Shown: in pieces, positions 36,560 to 49,109 of the stretch | Numbering within the stretch: the first letter of the stretch is position 1 | How the letters are laid out: every line of letters starts with the position of its first letter | Assembly: GCA_051313645.2 (NCBI GenBank) | Contig: JBNRSN020000107.1 | Coordinates: 2,232,001-2,296,000 of the forward strand | Length of the DNA: 64,000 bases | Direction: 5' to 3' | From: Centroscyllium fabricii | Lineage: Eukaryota | The notes under the pieces: model-generated | Databases searched by the model: none | Seen by the model: the letters and a program-made list of their open reading frames with translations, nothing else | Told to the model about the DNA's origin: nothing | Translations under genes and position numbers: made by a program

Positions 36560-37575
36560 CTACCCCAGCCCTGCAGTATTTCTCTAGTTTCATAATCTCC
36601 TGTTGCCATCCCAGGCTTGACACCCTCTCCCACAGCTTCCCTCTGTGCCTGTTTCGACATTCTCCAAAGCGCTCATCGAGGCACTCGTCCCCGCCTCGAT
36701 TGGCCCTTGGCTGGACTGCAACAAGCACTATCAGGCCCTGCTCTCCTCTGCCAAAACTGCTCACTCCTCCAGGAGCATCCTGGAATGCAGATAAATCCTG
36801 GCTTGTTCTCTCCACTACTAACCGTCTCCGTAAACTCCTCTCCCCTGCCCCTTCCACCCCTCACCTCCAACAAATGCGAGCTCATCGACTTCTTTGTCAT
36901 TAAGATTGAGACCATCAGTTCAGCTGCCCCTGCCACAACCCTCCCTTGACCTAGCCAATATTCCCCCAAGGTTCCCCTTGCCCTGAACTCGCATCTTTCT
37001 CCAGTTTCTCTCCTATCCTCCCCTCATGCCCTCTCCCAGCTCATGTTGTCCATGAGACCCAGCTCCTACTCTCTCGACCCTATTCCCACCAAAATGCCGA
37101 CCATCCAACTTCCCTTCCTGGCCCTCATGCTCGCTGATATTGTAAAGAATTCCCTCTCTTCATGTATTGTCCCCTCCCTCTCAAATCTGTCGTTACCATC
37201 CCTATCCTCAAAAAACCTACTCTGCCCTTGCAAACTGCCGCTCCATCTCCAACCTCCCTTTCCTCTCCAAAGTCTTGGAACGTATTCTCCCCTCCAAAAT
37301 CCGTGTTCATCTTTCCCACAACTCCATGTTTGAACCGCTCCAATCAGGTTTCCGCCCCTGCCACAGCACTGAAACGCCCCTAATCAAACTCACAAATGAG
37401 ATCCTATGTGACTGTGACCGTGGTAAACTATCCCTCCTCATCCTTCTTGACCAGTCTGCAGCCTTTGACATGATTGACCACAGCATCCTCCTCCAAAAGC
37501 TTTCCTCCATTGTCCAGCCAAGTGGGACTGCACTTGCCTGGTTCCAATTTGACCTATTCAGCTGCAGCCAGAGAA
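36560..37575 (+). mobile_element. L2-type LINE RT fragment
   Basis: RSISNLPFLSKVLER, QSGFRPCHSTET, LILLDQSAAFDMIDH. Confidence 0.8.
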
Positions 37576-38189
37576 GATTGCAACTGTGCAATTATGCCCA
37601 GAAAATGTAGCAGTTCAGTGACTTTACATAAATTGCTCATCTGTATACTCTCCGTGTAAGAATGTTAAAGCTAATTGGATGGAAAATCATAGGGAGCCAA
37701 CCTGCGATTCGCGACAAGTGAAGCTCCATGTCAGAACCACTCATTTGTAAAGTTTTCCTTGCTCAGTGTTTCGGTCAGTTTACCTTCAATATTGATTTGC
37801 ATTATACCATTGGATAAGTGCCTGAAGGAAACAAATTTGCAGGGCTATGGGGAAGGGGCGGGGGAGTGGGACTAGCTGAAGTGCTCTTACAGAGAGCCGG
37901 CCTCCTTCTGTGCTGTAACCATTCTATGATTCTATAAAAGAGTTTGAATGAATTAATCCTGTAATTTGAGTCCTTCCATCTCAATGGCTTCATCAATAGT
38001 GCAAACATAGGGCTGATACTGAATCCATAATGGCATTGAGGTGAATCCTTTTATTTTGACAATCTACCAGGGTTCAAGTCATTCTTGCTTCATCTATCCA
38101 CCTTTAAAAGAGCCACGTTCCTGGTGATTTTCCCATTCCTGGTTGGCAGTTCTGTATCTGGACGGGCCCCTCAAAATGAAATAACATCT

Positions 38190-38578
38190 TACATAGAAGA
38201 TAGGAGCAGGAGTAGGCCATTCGGCCCTTCGAGCCTGCTCCGCCATTCAATGAGATCATGGCTGATCATCCAAACCCAGCACCCTGTCCCTGCCTTGTCC
38301 CCATATCCCTATCGAGACTACACCGACACATATCCCACCCTATCCCCGTAACCCCACATATTCAATCCCCCTAACACTAAGGGTCAATTTATCATGGCCA
38401 ATCAACCTAACCCGCACATCTTTGGACTGTGGAAGGAAACCGGAGCACCCGGGGGAAACCCACGCAGACACAGGGAGAATGTGCAAACTCCACACAGATA
38501 GTACCCGAGGCTGGATTTGAACCCGGGTCTCTAGTGCTGTAAGGCAACAGTGCTAACCACTAGGCCACCGTGCCGCCC
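38190..38578 (-). mobile_element. HE1-type SINE with CR1/HER1-derived tail
   Basis: tRNA-derived head GGGCGGCACGGTGG...GGTTCAAATCC, central GGAGTTTGCACATTCTCCC domain, LINE-like tail. Confidence 0.85.
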
Positions 38579-38712
38579 TTTCTTACACTCCTACATTGCT
38601 CCTTGTGCACATAAACACTTCTCAAATTATTTCACAGGTGTTGGAAAACAGTGGGTGCTGAGAAGGAGGGAAAATGTAATCAATTAGGGCAGATGGGCTG
38701 CACGCCTGGTCA

Positions 38713-39642
38713 GTAGGGATGCCAACCCTCCCGGATTGCCCTGGAGTCTCCAGGAATTGAAGATTAAACTCCAGGACACAGCCGGGAGCAAAAACACGGG
38801 AGAAAAATCAAAGGTGGCATTAAAAAAATCATTTTCTTTCAACACTTTGTTCATTAGTTATAAAAATCCTGGAGTTGGGGTTGGGAAAGTAGAGGCTGTT
38901 TAACTGACAATCAGGTAATGAAGAGTCTGTTTGCTTTCCAATTGGCCGTGGGAAGGTGTGAGGTGGTTTAATGTTACTTGCCCAGTTGGTGTCGATTAAA
39001 TAAAGAGTTCTGCCACTGGACTCGATAGAGATAGTTTTATTAACCTGCGTAACATAAAGTTACTAACAATTACAAGAAATGCACTAAAACATAAATATAA
39101 CCTCACCCACCTGCACCTTCAACCACCCCCACCTGTGACAGAGACTGTAGGTCCCCCATTGGACTCATCAGTCACCTGAGAACTCATTTTTAATGTGGAA
39201 GCAAGTCATCCTCGATTCCGAGGGACTGCCTAAGAAGAAGAGAAATATAACATGCACAGGTAAAAACAATACAATCTCAATATCTGTCCAGGACGCAAAG
39301 GTGATCAATCTTCCTCCTATCAATGGCATCACGAATTGCCCGAGTGCTCTGCCCGCTGTGTAAAGGTGGAATCCTATCTGACAGAAGGCATTGCCCCCGT
39401 GATGACGGACGTGTCCGGCGACCAATGGGGGAAGTGCAGGGCCAGGGCAGTTGGAGAGAGGAGGTCGTGTGCTGAAACCTCCAGGATTATATTTGGCCAG
39501 AAGCGGTGACCCCACTGGTCGTGCAGAAGGCTTTTTAGAAAGGTTTTGAAAATGGTAAGTGATAAGCTGGAGGGATTTGGGGCAGGCGGGGGCAGATTCC
39601 AAGCCACAGAGGGAATAATGACTGAAAAGGTTGGCACCAATA
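38713..39642. mobile_element. Degenerate hAT-like element with nested LTR-like and RTE-tail pieces
   Basis: Ends TAGGGATGCCAACC ... GGTTGGCACCAATA; internal segment ending (AAG)n at ~39240; no clear TSD. Confidence 0.35.
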
Positions 39643-39772
39643 GCAAGCGGAGGGAAACGGAAACAAGCTCCAGTTTTTCAGGCTTACAGCAGTCTAACCA
39701 GCAAAAATTACCTGTAATCATCTCGCATTGATCTCTGACTATATATGTTGTGCCTATGTGCATCTCTTCACT

Positions 39773-39809
39773 TCACCTGAGGAAGGAGCAGCGTTCCGAA
39801 AGCTTGTGA
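39773..39809 (+). ncRNA. Minimal type I hammerhead ribozyme in a Penelope-end fragment
   Basis: TCAC-CTGAGGA-A-GGAGC-AGC-GTTCC-GAAA-GCTT-GTGA. Confidence 0.65.
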
Positions 39810-40519
39810 TTTCAAATAAAACTGTTGGACTTTAACCTGGTGTTGTGTGATTTCTTACATTTAACCAGCAGGACCACTGGAGGCTACCGAAGAGACCGAT
39901 AGATGTGGTTTTTGAACTTACCTTAACATGGAGCCATGAGGAGCAGGAGTAGGCTCGGACTAGTTAGCTGCTTTGAAGCACCTGAGTGACGCCCACAACT
40001 TTATTCCAATGAGGCGGGAGGGCGAATTTAGGGCAGCCCCGGGCCTCTCTTCTGGCGCGCAAGTCCAGCACGCTGACCATTTTGCACGCATTATGAGGCG
40101 CTATCAAATTTAGGACCTGAATCCACGTCTAACAATTAATGTATCAGCCCGGAAACTCTGTGGGGGTTTTTGCAGTTTTCCACGGGAGGTGACAGAACTC
40201 TAGAATTATGGGCTGCGATGCTAACGCGGAGACGGGAAAGGTGCGTGGAAGGGGTTAAAATGGAGACCACGGTGTAAATGGCTGAAAACGGCTTGTACGC
40301 TGTTTCGTTGGGGGGTTCTGCCAAAGTTATAGTGGGCGACTGGGAGAACCCAACATGGAATTTCAAGGCCATAATCTTCATGTTTACTCCGGATAATCAG
40401 TTTCAATATTTTACATGGGATTGAAGTAAAACCAATTGGTATTGTGGTCGCCTGTGTCTGGTTTGTGGTCTGTTTGAACATTGGTCTGTTTCCATCCATC
40501 GGTATCGCCCGAAAAAAAA

Positions 40520-41237
40520 CCATACATTTCTCCAACACCTTTCACAACCTCAGGATGTCCCAAAGCACTTTACAGCCAATGAAGTACTTTTTGAAGTGTC
40601 GTCACTATTATAATATAGGAAATGCGGCAGCTAATTTACACACAGCAAGCTCCCACAAACAGCAATGTGATAATAACCAGATAATCTGTTTTTTATATTG
40701 ATTGAGTGATAAATATTTGCCAGGACACTGGGGACTCCCCTGCTCTTCTTTGAAATAGTGCCATGGGATCTTTTACGTCCACCCGATAGGGCAGACGGGG
40801 CCTCAGTTTAACGTCTTATCTGAAAGACGGCACCTCTGACAGTGCAGCACTCCCTCAATACTGCCCCTCCGACAGTGTGGCGTCCCTCAGTATTGCCCCT
40901 CCGACAGTGCGGCACTCCCTCAGTACTGCCCCTCCGACAGTGCGGCACTCCCTCAGTACTGCCCCTCCGACAGTGCGGCACTCCCTCAGTACTGCCCCTC
41001 CGACAGTGCAGCGCTCCCTCAACATTGCCCCTCCGACAGTGCGGCACTCCTTCAGTATTGCCCCTCCGACAGTGCAGCGCTCCCTCAGTATTGCCCCTCC
41101 GACAGTGCAGCGCTCCCTCAGTACTGCACTGGCGTGTCAGCCTCGATTTTCGTGCATCAAGTCTCTGGAGTGGGATTTGAACCCACAGCCTTCTGACCTA
41201 GAGGTGGGAGTGCTGCTCACTGAGCCACAGCTGACAC
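40520..41237 (-). mobile_element. Deu-domain/SacSINE-like SINE with an internal tandem expansion
   Basis: Same family as ~42975-43280, ~58150-58460 and ~59920-60320; tRNA-like head toward 41237. Confidence 0.7.
40830..41125. repeat. 33-bp minisatellite, 9 copies, inside the SINE
   Basis: Unit GCCCCTCCGACAGTGCGGCACTCCCTCAGTACT (one unit is 32 bp). Confidence 0.95.
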
Positions 41238-41582
41238 ATAGATTCGATTGACTCCCTCATCCTGAGAACCAATATCTCACAAATCTCTTTCCTAGTTTTC
41301 TTTAGCACTCTGGGATAAACGCCATCTATCCCTGAGGATTTAGTGGTTGAGCCTTTTTAGCCTACCTCGGGGCTAGCATAAATATCAAAGTCTTGCTTGT
41401 GCCTAGGTTCTCTGTATTAGGGGAGGGCAAGCTACTCGTCTTCCCTTGTGAATACTGTACTTGTGAATGAGTATTCATTCAGAATCTTCACTATGTTGTG
41501 TTCGTCGTCTGTTTTGAACTGGTTTGCTTTTTTCAAAAATGGTTCTCACCCCTTCTCTTACTGTTGAAAACCGAAAGACAAT

Positions 41583-42455
41583 GGGCCAGAAATTCCAGTC
41601 TGCTGGTTGGTGCGGGTGCAAGGACCATGTGGACACCTATAGCATCGCACCATAATCGCACATTTTTTACGGCCAAAACTTCCTGTTGGCTCCACCCCGT
41701 TCCTGGGCTGCGTGGCAGTCCAGCCACGCTAGGAGCGCTGTATATGCGCTGCCGTCGTGCGTGCGTTGGAGTGATGCCCTGCCCACAGATCCCTAATTTA
41801 AATAAAAAACACCCCCTGCTTCACAGTTGGACTTCGTAGGGAGCAGGGACGTGAGGCCTCGATTAGGACCACGCCCACTGCTGCACCCACAGACTCGGCA
41901 GTGAGCAACGGCGGCCAGGGCAGATTTTCAATGGAGGTAAGTCTCAGCGATTTCTTCTCTTCGTTTTTTTAATTAAGAAAATAGTTAAAAATTTCAGAAC
42001 TTAAAATTTAAAAATAAGCGATTTGGAATAGAAAGCAGTGTGTATAACAATTGAAATTCGGATTTAAAAGTGTTTTTTTTAAACTTTAACAGCCAAATTA
42101 AATGATAGCGATCTGGCCACATTACTCTAATTTTTTTTAATAAAACTTAAAATTAAAGGTAAAAAGATCAATTACCTTGTTTAAGAACGCACTGCTCTCA
42201 CCAATGCACAGGTTACGACTCCTTTTTCCCGTGCAGCTCAAAGGCCACTTGCCCACAGATTCACGCACTAATTTTCACCCTTTTCAATCGGGATTTTTGG
42301 GTGTAATTGACTCCTGCGTGCGATGCTGAGGGCCCTTCTCCCTCAGCATCGGAAAGCTCAGATCCATGCGCATGCCCCGTGCGATCGATCGCACGGGGAA
42401 ATTGGCCCCCCTCCGTGCGGGTGCAACTGGTGCGAGGCACCCGAATTTCTGGCCC
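41583..42455. mobile_element. Harbinger-like non-autonomous element
   Basis: TIRs GGGCCAGAAATTC ... GAATTTCTGGCCC, AAT on both sides; CpG-rich arms around an AT-rich core. Confidence 0.75.
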
Positions 42456-43284
42456 AATATTATAAAAATAGACCACACTATAAAATGTTACGAACATCTT
42501 GAACATTGTCACTTGTGTTAAGAAAAATAGTTGGTCCGTTACACGTGTTAATGCACTCAACAGCTCATTGTCGCTTCTGCACATTAATACTGAAGTAATT
42601 CCTTGCTGGTTCTCCACTGCTGCCTTCTTTGTAAGAAGTCACACACCAGGTTATTATATTAGAGGGTGGGTCCTACAGCAGCCACATCAATTTTAACTGT
42701 GCACGTTGTTTCAGTTAAAGTACAAGTATTTTGTTGTGCAGGATCTGCACTGACCCACGGATGTGCCGCTCTGCATTAGGCAAGTACACCTACATTGGCA
42801 CCCGTAGTGGAACTGCAATCAACTTTCCTCACAAGATGGGTCCAAATGAAGGAGCTCAATTGATCTTTCTTCCAGAATACTAACCATACCATCTTCCCAT
42901 GACAGCATCCAGCCATCCTTAACCACCCATCCTGCCTCGCGGTTCCAGTTGAAAGAGAAACGATTGATCAAAGAAAGACTTACATTTATATAGCGCCTTT
43001 CACGACCACAGGAGGTCCCAAAGTGCTTTACAGCCAATGAAGTAATTTTTGAAGCGTGATCACTGTTGGAATGTAGGAAACACGGCAGCCAAATTGCGCA
43101 CAGCAAGCTCCCACAAACAACAAATGTGATAATGACCAGATAATCTGTTTTTAGTGATGTTGATTGAGGGATAAATATTGGCCCCAGCACACCGGGGAGA
43201 ACTCCCCAGTCCTCATCAAAATAGTGCCATGGGATCTTTTACGTCCATTTGAGAGAGCAGACGGGGCCCTCCGTTTCCTTATCT

Positions 43285-43800
43285 GAGGAAGGATGTTCTT
43301 GCCATGGAAGGAGTTCAGTGAAGATTCACCAGACTGATACCTGGGATGGCAGGAATGACATATGAGAAGAGATTGGGTCAACTGGGCTTATACTCGCTGG
43401 AGTTTAGACGATTGAGAGGGGATCTCATCGAAACTTATAACATTTTGACAGGACTGGACAGATTAGATGCAGGAAGGATGTTCCTGATGGTCGGAGAGTC
43501 CAGAACCAGGGGTCACAGTCTAAGGATAAGGGGTAAGCCATTCAGGACAGAGGGGAGGAATTTCTTCACCCAGAGAGAGGTGAACCTGTGGAATTCTCTA
43601 CCACAGAAGGCCATAGAGGCCAATTCATTAAATATATTCAAGAAGGAGTTAGATATATTTCTTAGAGCTAAAGGGATATGGGGAAAAGGCAGGGACAGAG
43701 TTCTGAGTTTGGATGATCAGCCATGATCTCATTGAATGGCGGAGCAGGCTCGAGCGGCCAAATGGCCAACTCCTGCTCCTATCTTCTATGCTTCTATGTC
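43285..43800 (+). mobile_element. CR1/HER1 LINE 3' fragment
   Basis: LGLYSLEFRRLRGDLIETY...NFFTQRE and HER1-type tail. Confidence 0.85.
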
Positions 43801-44994
43801 TAACATAGAGATTAATGAAGGAGGCCATTTGGCTCATCACATTCTTCTCGTACTAACTCCTTAAACTGGAGCTATCTACTATAATCCCGGACCTTTCATT
43901 GCAGCACTTCAGATTTTTTTCTAAATACCTATCCAATTTTTTTAAATGATCGTGTCTGCTTTACTAATCACCAGAAGTGAAGCATTGAACTCACCAATAA
44001 CCTTTAGGTGAAATAATTTCTTAATGTTTGCAATTGAGATTTTTCATCAGAACTGGCAGAAGAGTTTCCACTCATCCTTCCGATGCTAATTATTTTTTTA
44101 ATTTTGAATGTGTTTTAGGGAGTGCAATAGTAAAGTAAGAGTTTTCTTGATAAGAACTGAATTAAGGAGCTGCATTGAATAATTTGGAATTAAAGGGGTT
44201 TCCATTTTCCTGAACCCCAAACTTGTAAATTTTGGTTGAAAAGATTTTGTTTTGTATTTAAGGTTTTGTTGCTTAAATGATTTTTTTAAAATTACGATGC
44301 TGCCTTCATGAGCTACTGCCTTGCACTTCTGTACGCGTTCTCCCCTCCTGACACTGGACTTCTCGCTCCATCTGTGTGGGTTATTCAGCCACTATGCTCC
44401 TACCCTCTGGACCTTTATACCAGGTCCCGCTGTCCTGTTCCCTCTCCCCCTGCTTTCAAAGCCCCTCCTCTGACTGTACCTTTAGTTCCTCCTCTCAGCT
44501 ACTCCATTCCTCTCCCCATACTCAGTGTCCACTGAATCCCTTTTCTCCTCATTTTGAAGTACCCTGTGACATCTTCCTGCACTGCAGAAGCACTATATAA
44601 ATGCAGTCTGTTGTCTACAGTAGGAACTGAACCATTTTATTTTTTATCTGTTAACTACCAGGGAAACAAGAACTGGAAATGGGACACAAGGAGGGTGGAT
44701 TGTAAATTACGGCACCTTCCTTTATGGTTTGTCTCATTTCCGACAGCTAGGGATAAAACATGTGGTCTACGTCTGGAGTGTTACTCATCCCCCTTCACAA
44801 ATTCGTTGTGTATCAATTGCTCGGTCAACAGTTTCCAAAAATGGCAATGCAAGTGACTACAGGATGGACCTACCCCAAGTTAGCCTCGATGCTCTGACAG
44901 TGAACCAGGTCAATTACCAGCAGTCCTTTCACGTTCAAAAGGGAATTGGATAAATACTTTAAAAAGGGGAAACATTCTGGCACAAATCTGCATT

Positions 44995-45890
44995 ACAGGA
45001 ACAGGAGGAGGCCATTTAGCACGTCAAGCTTGTTCCGTCATTCAGTGAGATCATGGCTGATGTGCGTCCTAACTCCATCTACCCGCCGTTGCCCCATATC
45101 CCTTCATAATACCTTTGGTTAACAAAAAAAATCAATCTCAGATTTAAAATTAACAATTGATTGAGCATGCAGGAGAGTTCCAAACGTCTGCCACCCGAGA
45201 GTTCCAAACGTCTGCCACCCTGTGTGTAGAAGTGTTTCCTAACATCACTCCTGAAAGGTCTGGCTCTAATTTTTAGATTATGCCCCCAAATCCAAGACTC
45301 CCCAACCAGCAGAAATAGTTTCTATTTTCCCTTAATATCTTGAAAACTTTCACCTGATCACCCCTTAACCTTCTACATTCCAAGGAATACAACCCTAATT
45401 TGTGTAATCTCTCCTCGTAACTTAACCCTTGAAGTCCGGGTATCATTTTGGTAAACCTACGCTGCATTCCCTCCAAGGCCAATACAGGTTGAGCACCGTT
45501 AATCCGGCACGGTCGGGACCAGGCCCGTGCCGGAAAAGTGAAAACTCCGAACGATTGAAGCTTCGGCGAGCGCAGACCATTCAAAATGGCCACCGCGAAA
45601 GGCTGGCGGCCATTTTGAATGGTCTGCACATGCGCTCATCGTTCGGGAAGGCCCAGGCATGCGCAGCCAAGCGCAGCGGCCATTTTGTGCATGCGCAGAT
45701 CAGTCGGCCGGATTCGTTCCAGACGACTGAAGTTGCCAGATTAACGGTGCTCAACCTGTATATCCTTCCTACGGTGTGGTGCCCAGAACTGCTCACAGTG
45801 CTCCAGGTGTGGTCTAACCAGGGCTTTGTGTAGCTGCAGCATAACCTCTACCCCCTTGTATTCTAGCGCTCCAGATATAAAAGCCAGCAG
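44995..45890 (-). mobile_element. CR1 LINE 3' fragment, split by the 45485-45758 element
   Basis: LALEGMQRRFTKMIPGLQGLSYEERL; sequence rejoins across the insert as ggccaaTAtatcc. Confidence 0.8.
45485..45758. mobile_element. pogo/Tigger-like MITE, same TIR family as 25274-26031
   Basis: TIRs CAGGTTGAGCACCGTTAATC(C/T)GGCA, TA duplication inside a CR1. Confidence 0.88.
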
Positions 45891-46143
45891 AGCTTGGTCT
45901 TGGATTGACAGGAGGAAGCCCTACCATTGTGCGCCTAGAAGTTCTGCACTGTAAAAAGGAGAATTATTTGAACACCTCTCATGCCACAAGCTTAACCTGC
46001 ATTGTGACTTTTCCGCCATTCAAGATAGATCAAAATGCATATTACTCATTCTGAGCACTGTCCTGATGGACTGTATGCAGGGGAAAATTGGCATCCACAA
46101 AAATCTCCTGTCACAGATGTGAACCAACAATTGGGACAGATGC

Positions 46144-46859
46144 TGAAGTGGGGCTTTCGAGCTCGACTATAATTAAAGGGTTAGGAATGGGAATCGAATG
46201 AGCTAAAATGCCTTTGCAGTAGTAAGCTTTTTCTAAGTTGCAGAACTGGCAGTTGAGATAAGCTAAGAATGACTTGATTTTGCAGTAGTGTTAGAATGAT
46301 CGACGACTACAAGCTGTGTGACTTGGAGACAACCCCAAATAGCCGAATGTTGAACCAGAAGAGGCCTAGAGGATGCAAGTTCTGCTGTGGCAGGAAAGTA
46401 GAACAATGAGTTGGAAGTAAAAAGGCCGAGAGGGGCAGGAAAGTAGGACAATGAGTTGGAAGCAAAAAGGCCGAGAGGGGCAGGAAAGTAGGACAATGAC
46501 AATGTTGGTGAGACCCCACCTGGCATAAACAAAGGTCATCGTTGCAACAACAGCTTGCTGTGATAACGGACATATACTTTTCCGGTAATAAAGGCAGTAC
46601 CTTAATGTAACACGGCATAGGCAACCAATCAGTAAATGTGCACACGGGACAAAACCCAATCAAATTGTTAAAATGGATCGTGCACAAGGCTAATTATGTA
46701 CCAAAATTGTGTATAAAAGACTGCTTAAAACTTTGTATCATCGAAGAGAAACCTGGCTGGACAGATGGCAGGTTGTCTCCCCACCGGTGCGAATAAAGAC
46801 TGCTTGAATCTTCGAACACAGACCTGGTGTCGAGTGTTTATTTCAAATACTCCACTTCA
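46144..46859 (+). mobile_element. Solo LTR, ERV-like (716 bp)
   Basis: TGAAGTGG...CCACTTCA termini, 5-bp TSD GATGC, 45-bp U3 repeats at 46390-46499, CCAAT ~46625, TATAAAA 46712-46718, AATAAA 46792-46797. Confidence 0.88.
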
Positions 46860-46973
46860 GATGCCAACTTGCATCTTCCAGTCAATATCTCAGATCTGCC
46901 TTGAAATCTACAAGTTTTGCATTAAAAATGAACATTGATAATGGAACATAAAGTATTTGATACAGCACTTCAT

Positions 46974-47094
46974 TTTATTTAATTGATTTGAGACTAGTTA
47001 CAGAAGTGTAAGTGACATTTTCCCCAATTAAACCACTTTAGAAGTTAAAAATTAAATTAAAAATGTTTGATTTGGTATAAAGGCAAATTTTATT
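46974..47094 (-). terminator. Candidate NANS polyadenylation signals
   Basis: AATAAA on the minus strand at 47089-47094 and 46974-46979, in the AT-rich sequence downstream of the stop codon. Confidence 0.5.
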
Positions 47095-47147
47095 ATTGGC
47101 TATTTAAATTCCATAATCTCTAGTTCTTTCACCGCCTTTGTGTAAAC

Positions 47148-47363
47148 TTAGGACTTTACGCTGCGTTTTTTGCTGCAGTTTTCAACCACGTCATGTGTGA
47201 TCGTTTCATCTGCATCTATGTTGGCTTTAACTCTCTTCCCCACCAGCTTAAAGATGTCGTCTGGTTCAATACCTTTGGGTTCTGCCACCTTCACAGTCAT
47301 CATATCCAGAGTCAGTGCTGTTCCTGCTGGAATAGTCACCTGGGCTACTATCGATTTTCTCAG
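47148..47363 (-). CDS. NANS: NANS final coding exon (antifreeze-like/SAF domain)
   Basis: tttgtag|CTGAGAAAA...TAA; LRKSIVAQVTIPAGTALTLDMMTVKVAEPKGIEPDDIFKLVGKRVKANIDADETITHDVVENCSKKRSVKS*. Confidence 0.95.
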   Translation of the reverse strand: MRKSIVAQVTIPAGTALTLDMMTVKVAEPKGIEPDDIFKLVGKRVKANIDADETITHDVVENCSKKRSVKS

Positions 47364-47443
47364 CTACAAAGACAAAATAAAAAGAATATTTTAACCACTA
47401 TAAGGCAGCGTGCAATATGTATGTTACAAGCTCCCTACACACT

Positions 47444-48149
47444 GGGCCAGAAATTCGGGTTGGAGGCTTCCCACGAGTGCAAGCCTCCAACCCACACTTA
47501 CGGAGCGCGCCGGCCATTCACCAATGCACCCGCATGGAATTCCGATGCGGGGCCCTCCTGAGATGCCGGCGCGCTGTGCTGCTGCATCTGAGCGTCGCAG
47601 TTAGTGCGAAGCTTCCCGCGGGATCACGTGATCCATGGGGGAGCCAATCGGAGCACAGAATGCTCCGTTCATAAGTTTGACAGGAAGCCCTGTCAAACTT
47701 ATGAATACTACAACCCCAAAAATCACAAAATCTTAAAATATTTTTTTTTTTAATCATTTTTAAAATAACTATCAATTACACAAATTGGCTATTTTAAACA
47801 AAAATTAAAAATTTTGAAAAAAATATTTAAAGTATTTAACAGGGCTAAAAATCAACTTACCTTTATTTAAAGTATTTAAAAATGAAAAACCTGTGGAAAA
47901 AAGTCTTTAGACTTAGGCTGAAATCCACTCTTTGTGCTTGAAATATCAGCCATAACCTTTTCAAATACTTACACTGATAAAAACCTGTAAAAAAATCGGA
48001 AGTGCATTACGCACCCACGTTCCAACCCCTGACCTTTCAGGGGATCGGAATTGCCGGTTTCGCGCGCATGCCAGAACCCGGCAATTCCGATGGGCCGACG
48101 CGCGAGTACACCGTCCGTGCTCACGCGTTGGGCCCCGAATTTCTGGGCC
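47444..48149. mobile_element. Harbinger-like non-autonomous element in the last NANS intron
   Basis: TIRs GGGCCAGAAATTCGGG ... CCCGAATTTCTGGGCC. Confidence 0.75.
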
Positions 48150-48513
48150 ATTATACTAACTGAAGTCATTTATAATTCCGTGGGAAGACAGCTGATCAAA
48201 AACGATAGCGTACTGCCACTAATTTCTTCATCATTCTGACTATTTTCATACCAGTCATTTGTTAAAAGAGCCAACGCCCCTGGAATTGTTAATTTCTCAT
48301 GCATCTGCATGGCAACAGGTGATAAAAGATTTTAAACCTAAAAAATCCATTGTAGAACAGTCTAAACTTTCTTTCCTTGCCTGCACAAGATGGTACTGAA
48401 TAATCCATTAGTACTCAAGTAATAACACAGCAATAAAAAACAAGCTTTGAACACTTGTTTAGGCTTGATTTTATTCTTTGACACTCTACCAGAACTGTCC
48501 GAGTGTAAGTTAC

Positions 48514-48780
48514 CTTGTTGTGGCAGGCCATCTCACAGGGCAGCAGGTGTTTGATGGAAGACCCAAATGCCTTCTCCACAGTACGGATCGAGCGGACCAG
48601 TTCTCGCAGCTCATCGGGTTCCAGGGAAGCTTGGTGGTCGTTGCCCTTCCAGGTTTTGTCCATGGTCACGTGACGCTCCACAACTTTGGCTCCCATAGCG
48701 ACTGCTGCTATGCTGACAGCAATTCCAGTTTCATGACCAGAATATCCAATAGGAATATCTGGAAATTCCTTCTTGTATTC
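48514..48780 (-). CDS. NANS: NANS coding exon 5
   Basis: 267 nt; EYKKEFPDIPIGYSGHETGIAVSIAAVAMGAKVVERHVTMDKTWKGNDHQASLEPDELRELVRSIRTVEKAFGSSIKHLLPCEMACHNK|gtaact. Confidence 0.95.
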
Positions 48781-49109
48781 CTGGAATTAGGAAGAAAAAA
48801 AACTTAACATCCATCTGCAGGACATAGACATGATCTCCTTTAACTTTGGCCATTTTGTCTTTAACCAGATGTAGTTTGCCAATCAGCAGCAATGTTGCCA
48901 TCAGAAATGTTGTTTGCATGGAGCAAAAATGTCTTGTAATGCTCTGCACTTCTGCTGGGAATTCAGGACATTAACTTTTTAACAATACAGACAGAAAACA
49001 ATAGGAATTAGTTTTACTTCTGAACATCAGTTCTGTCAGGGCCTCAGAAGTGTTCATGGTTTGTAACATTAAAGCTCATTCCAGTCCTTTACAATATTAC
49101 GCAGTGAAA

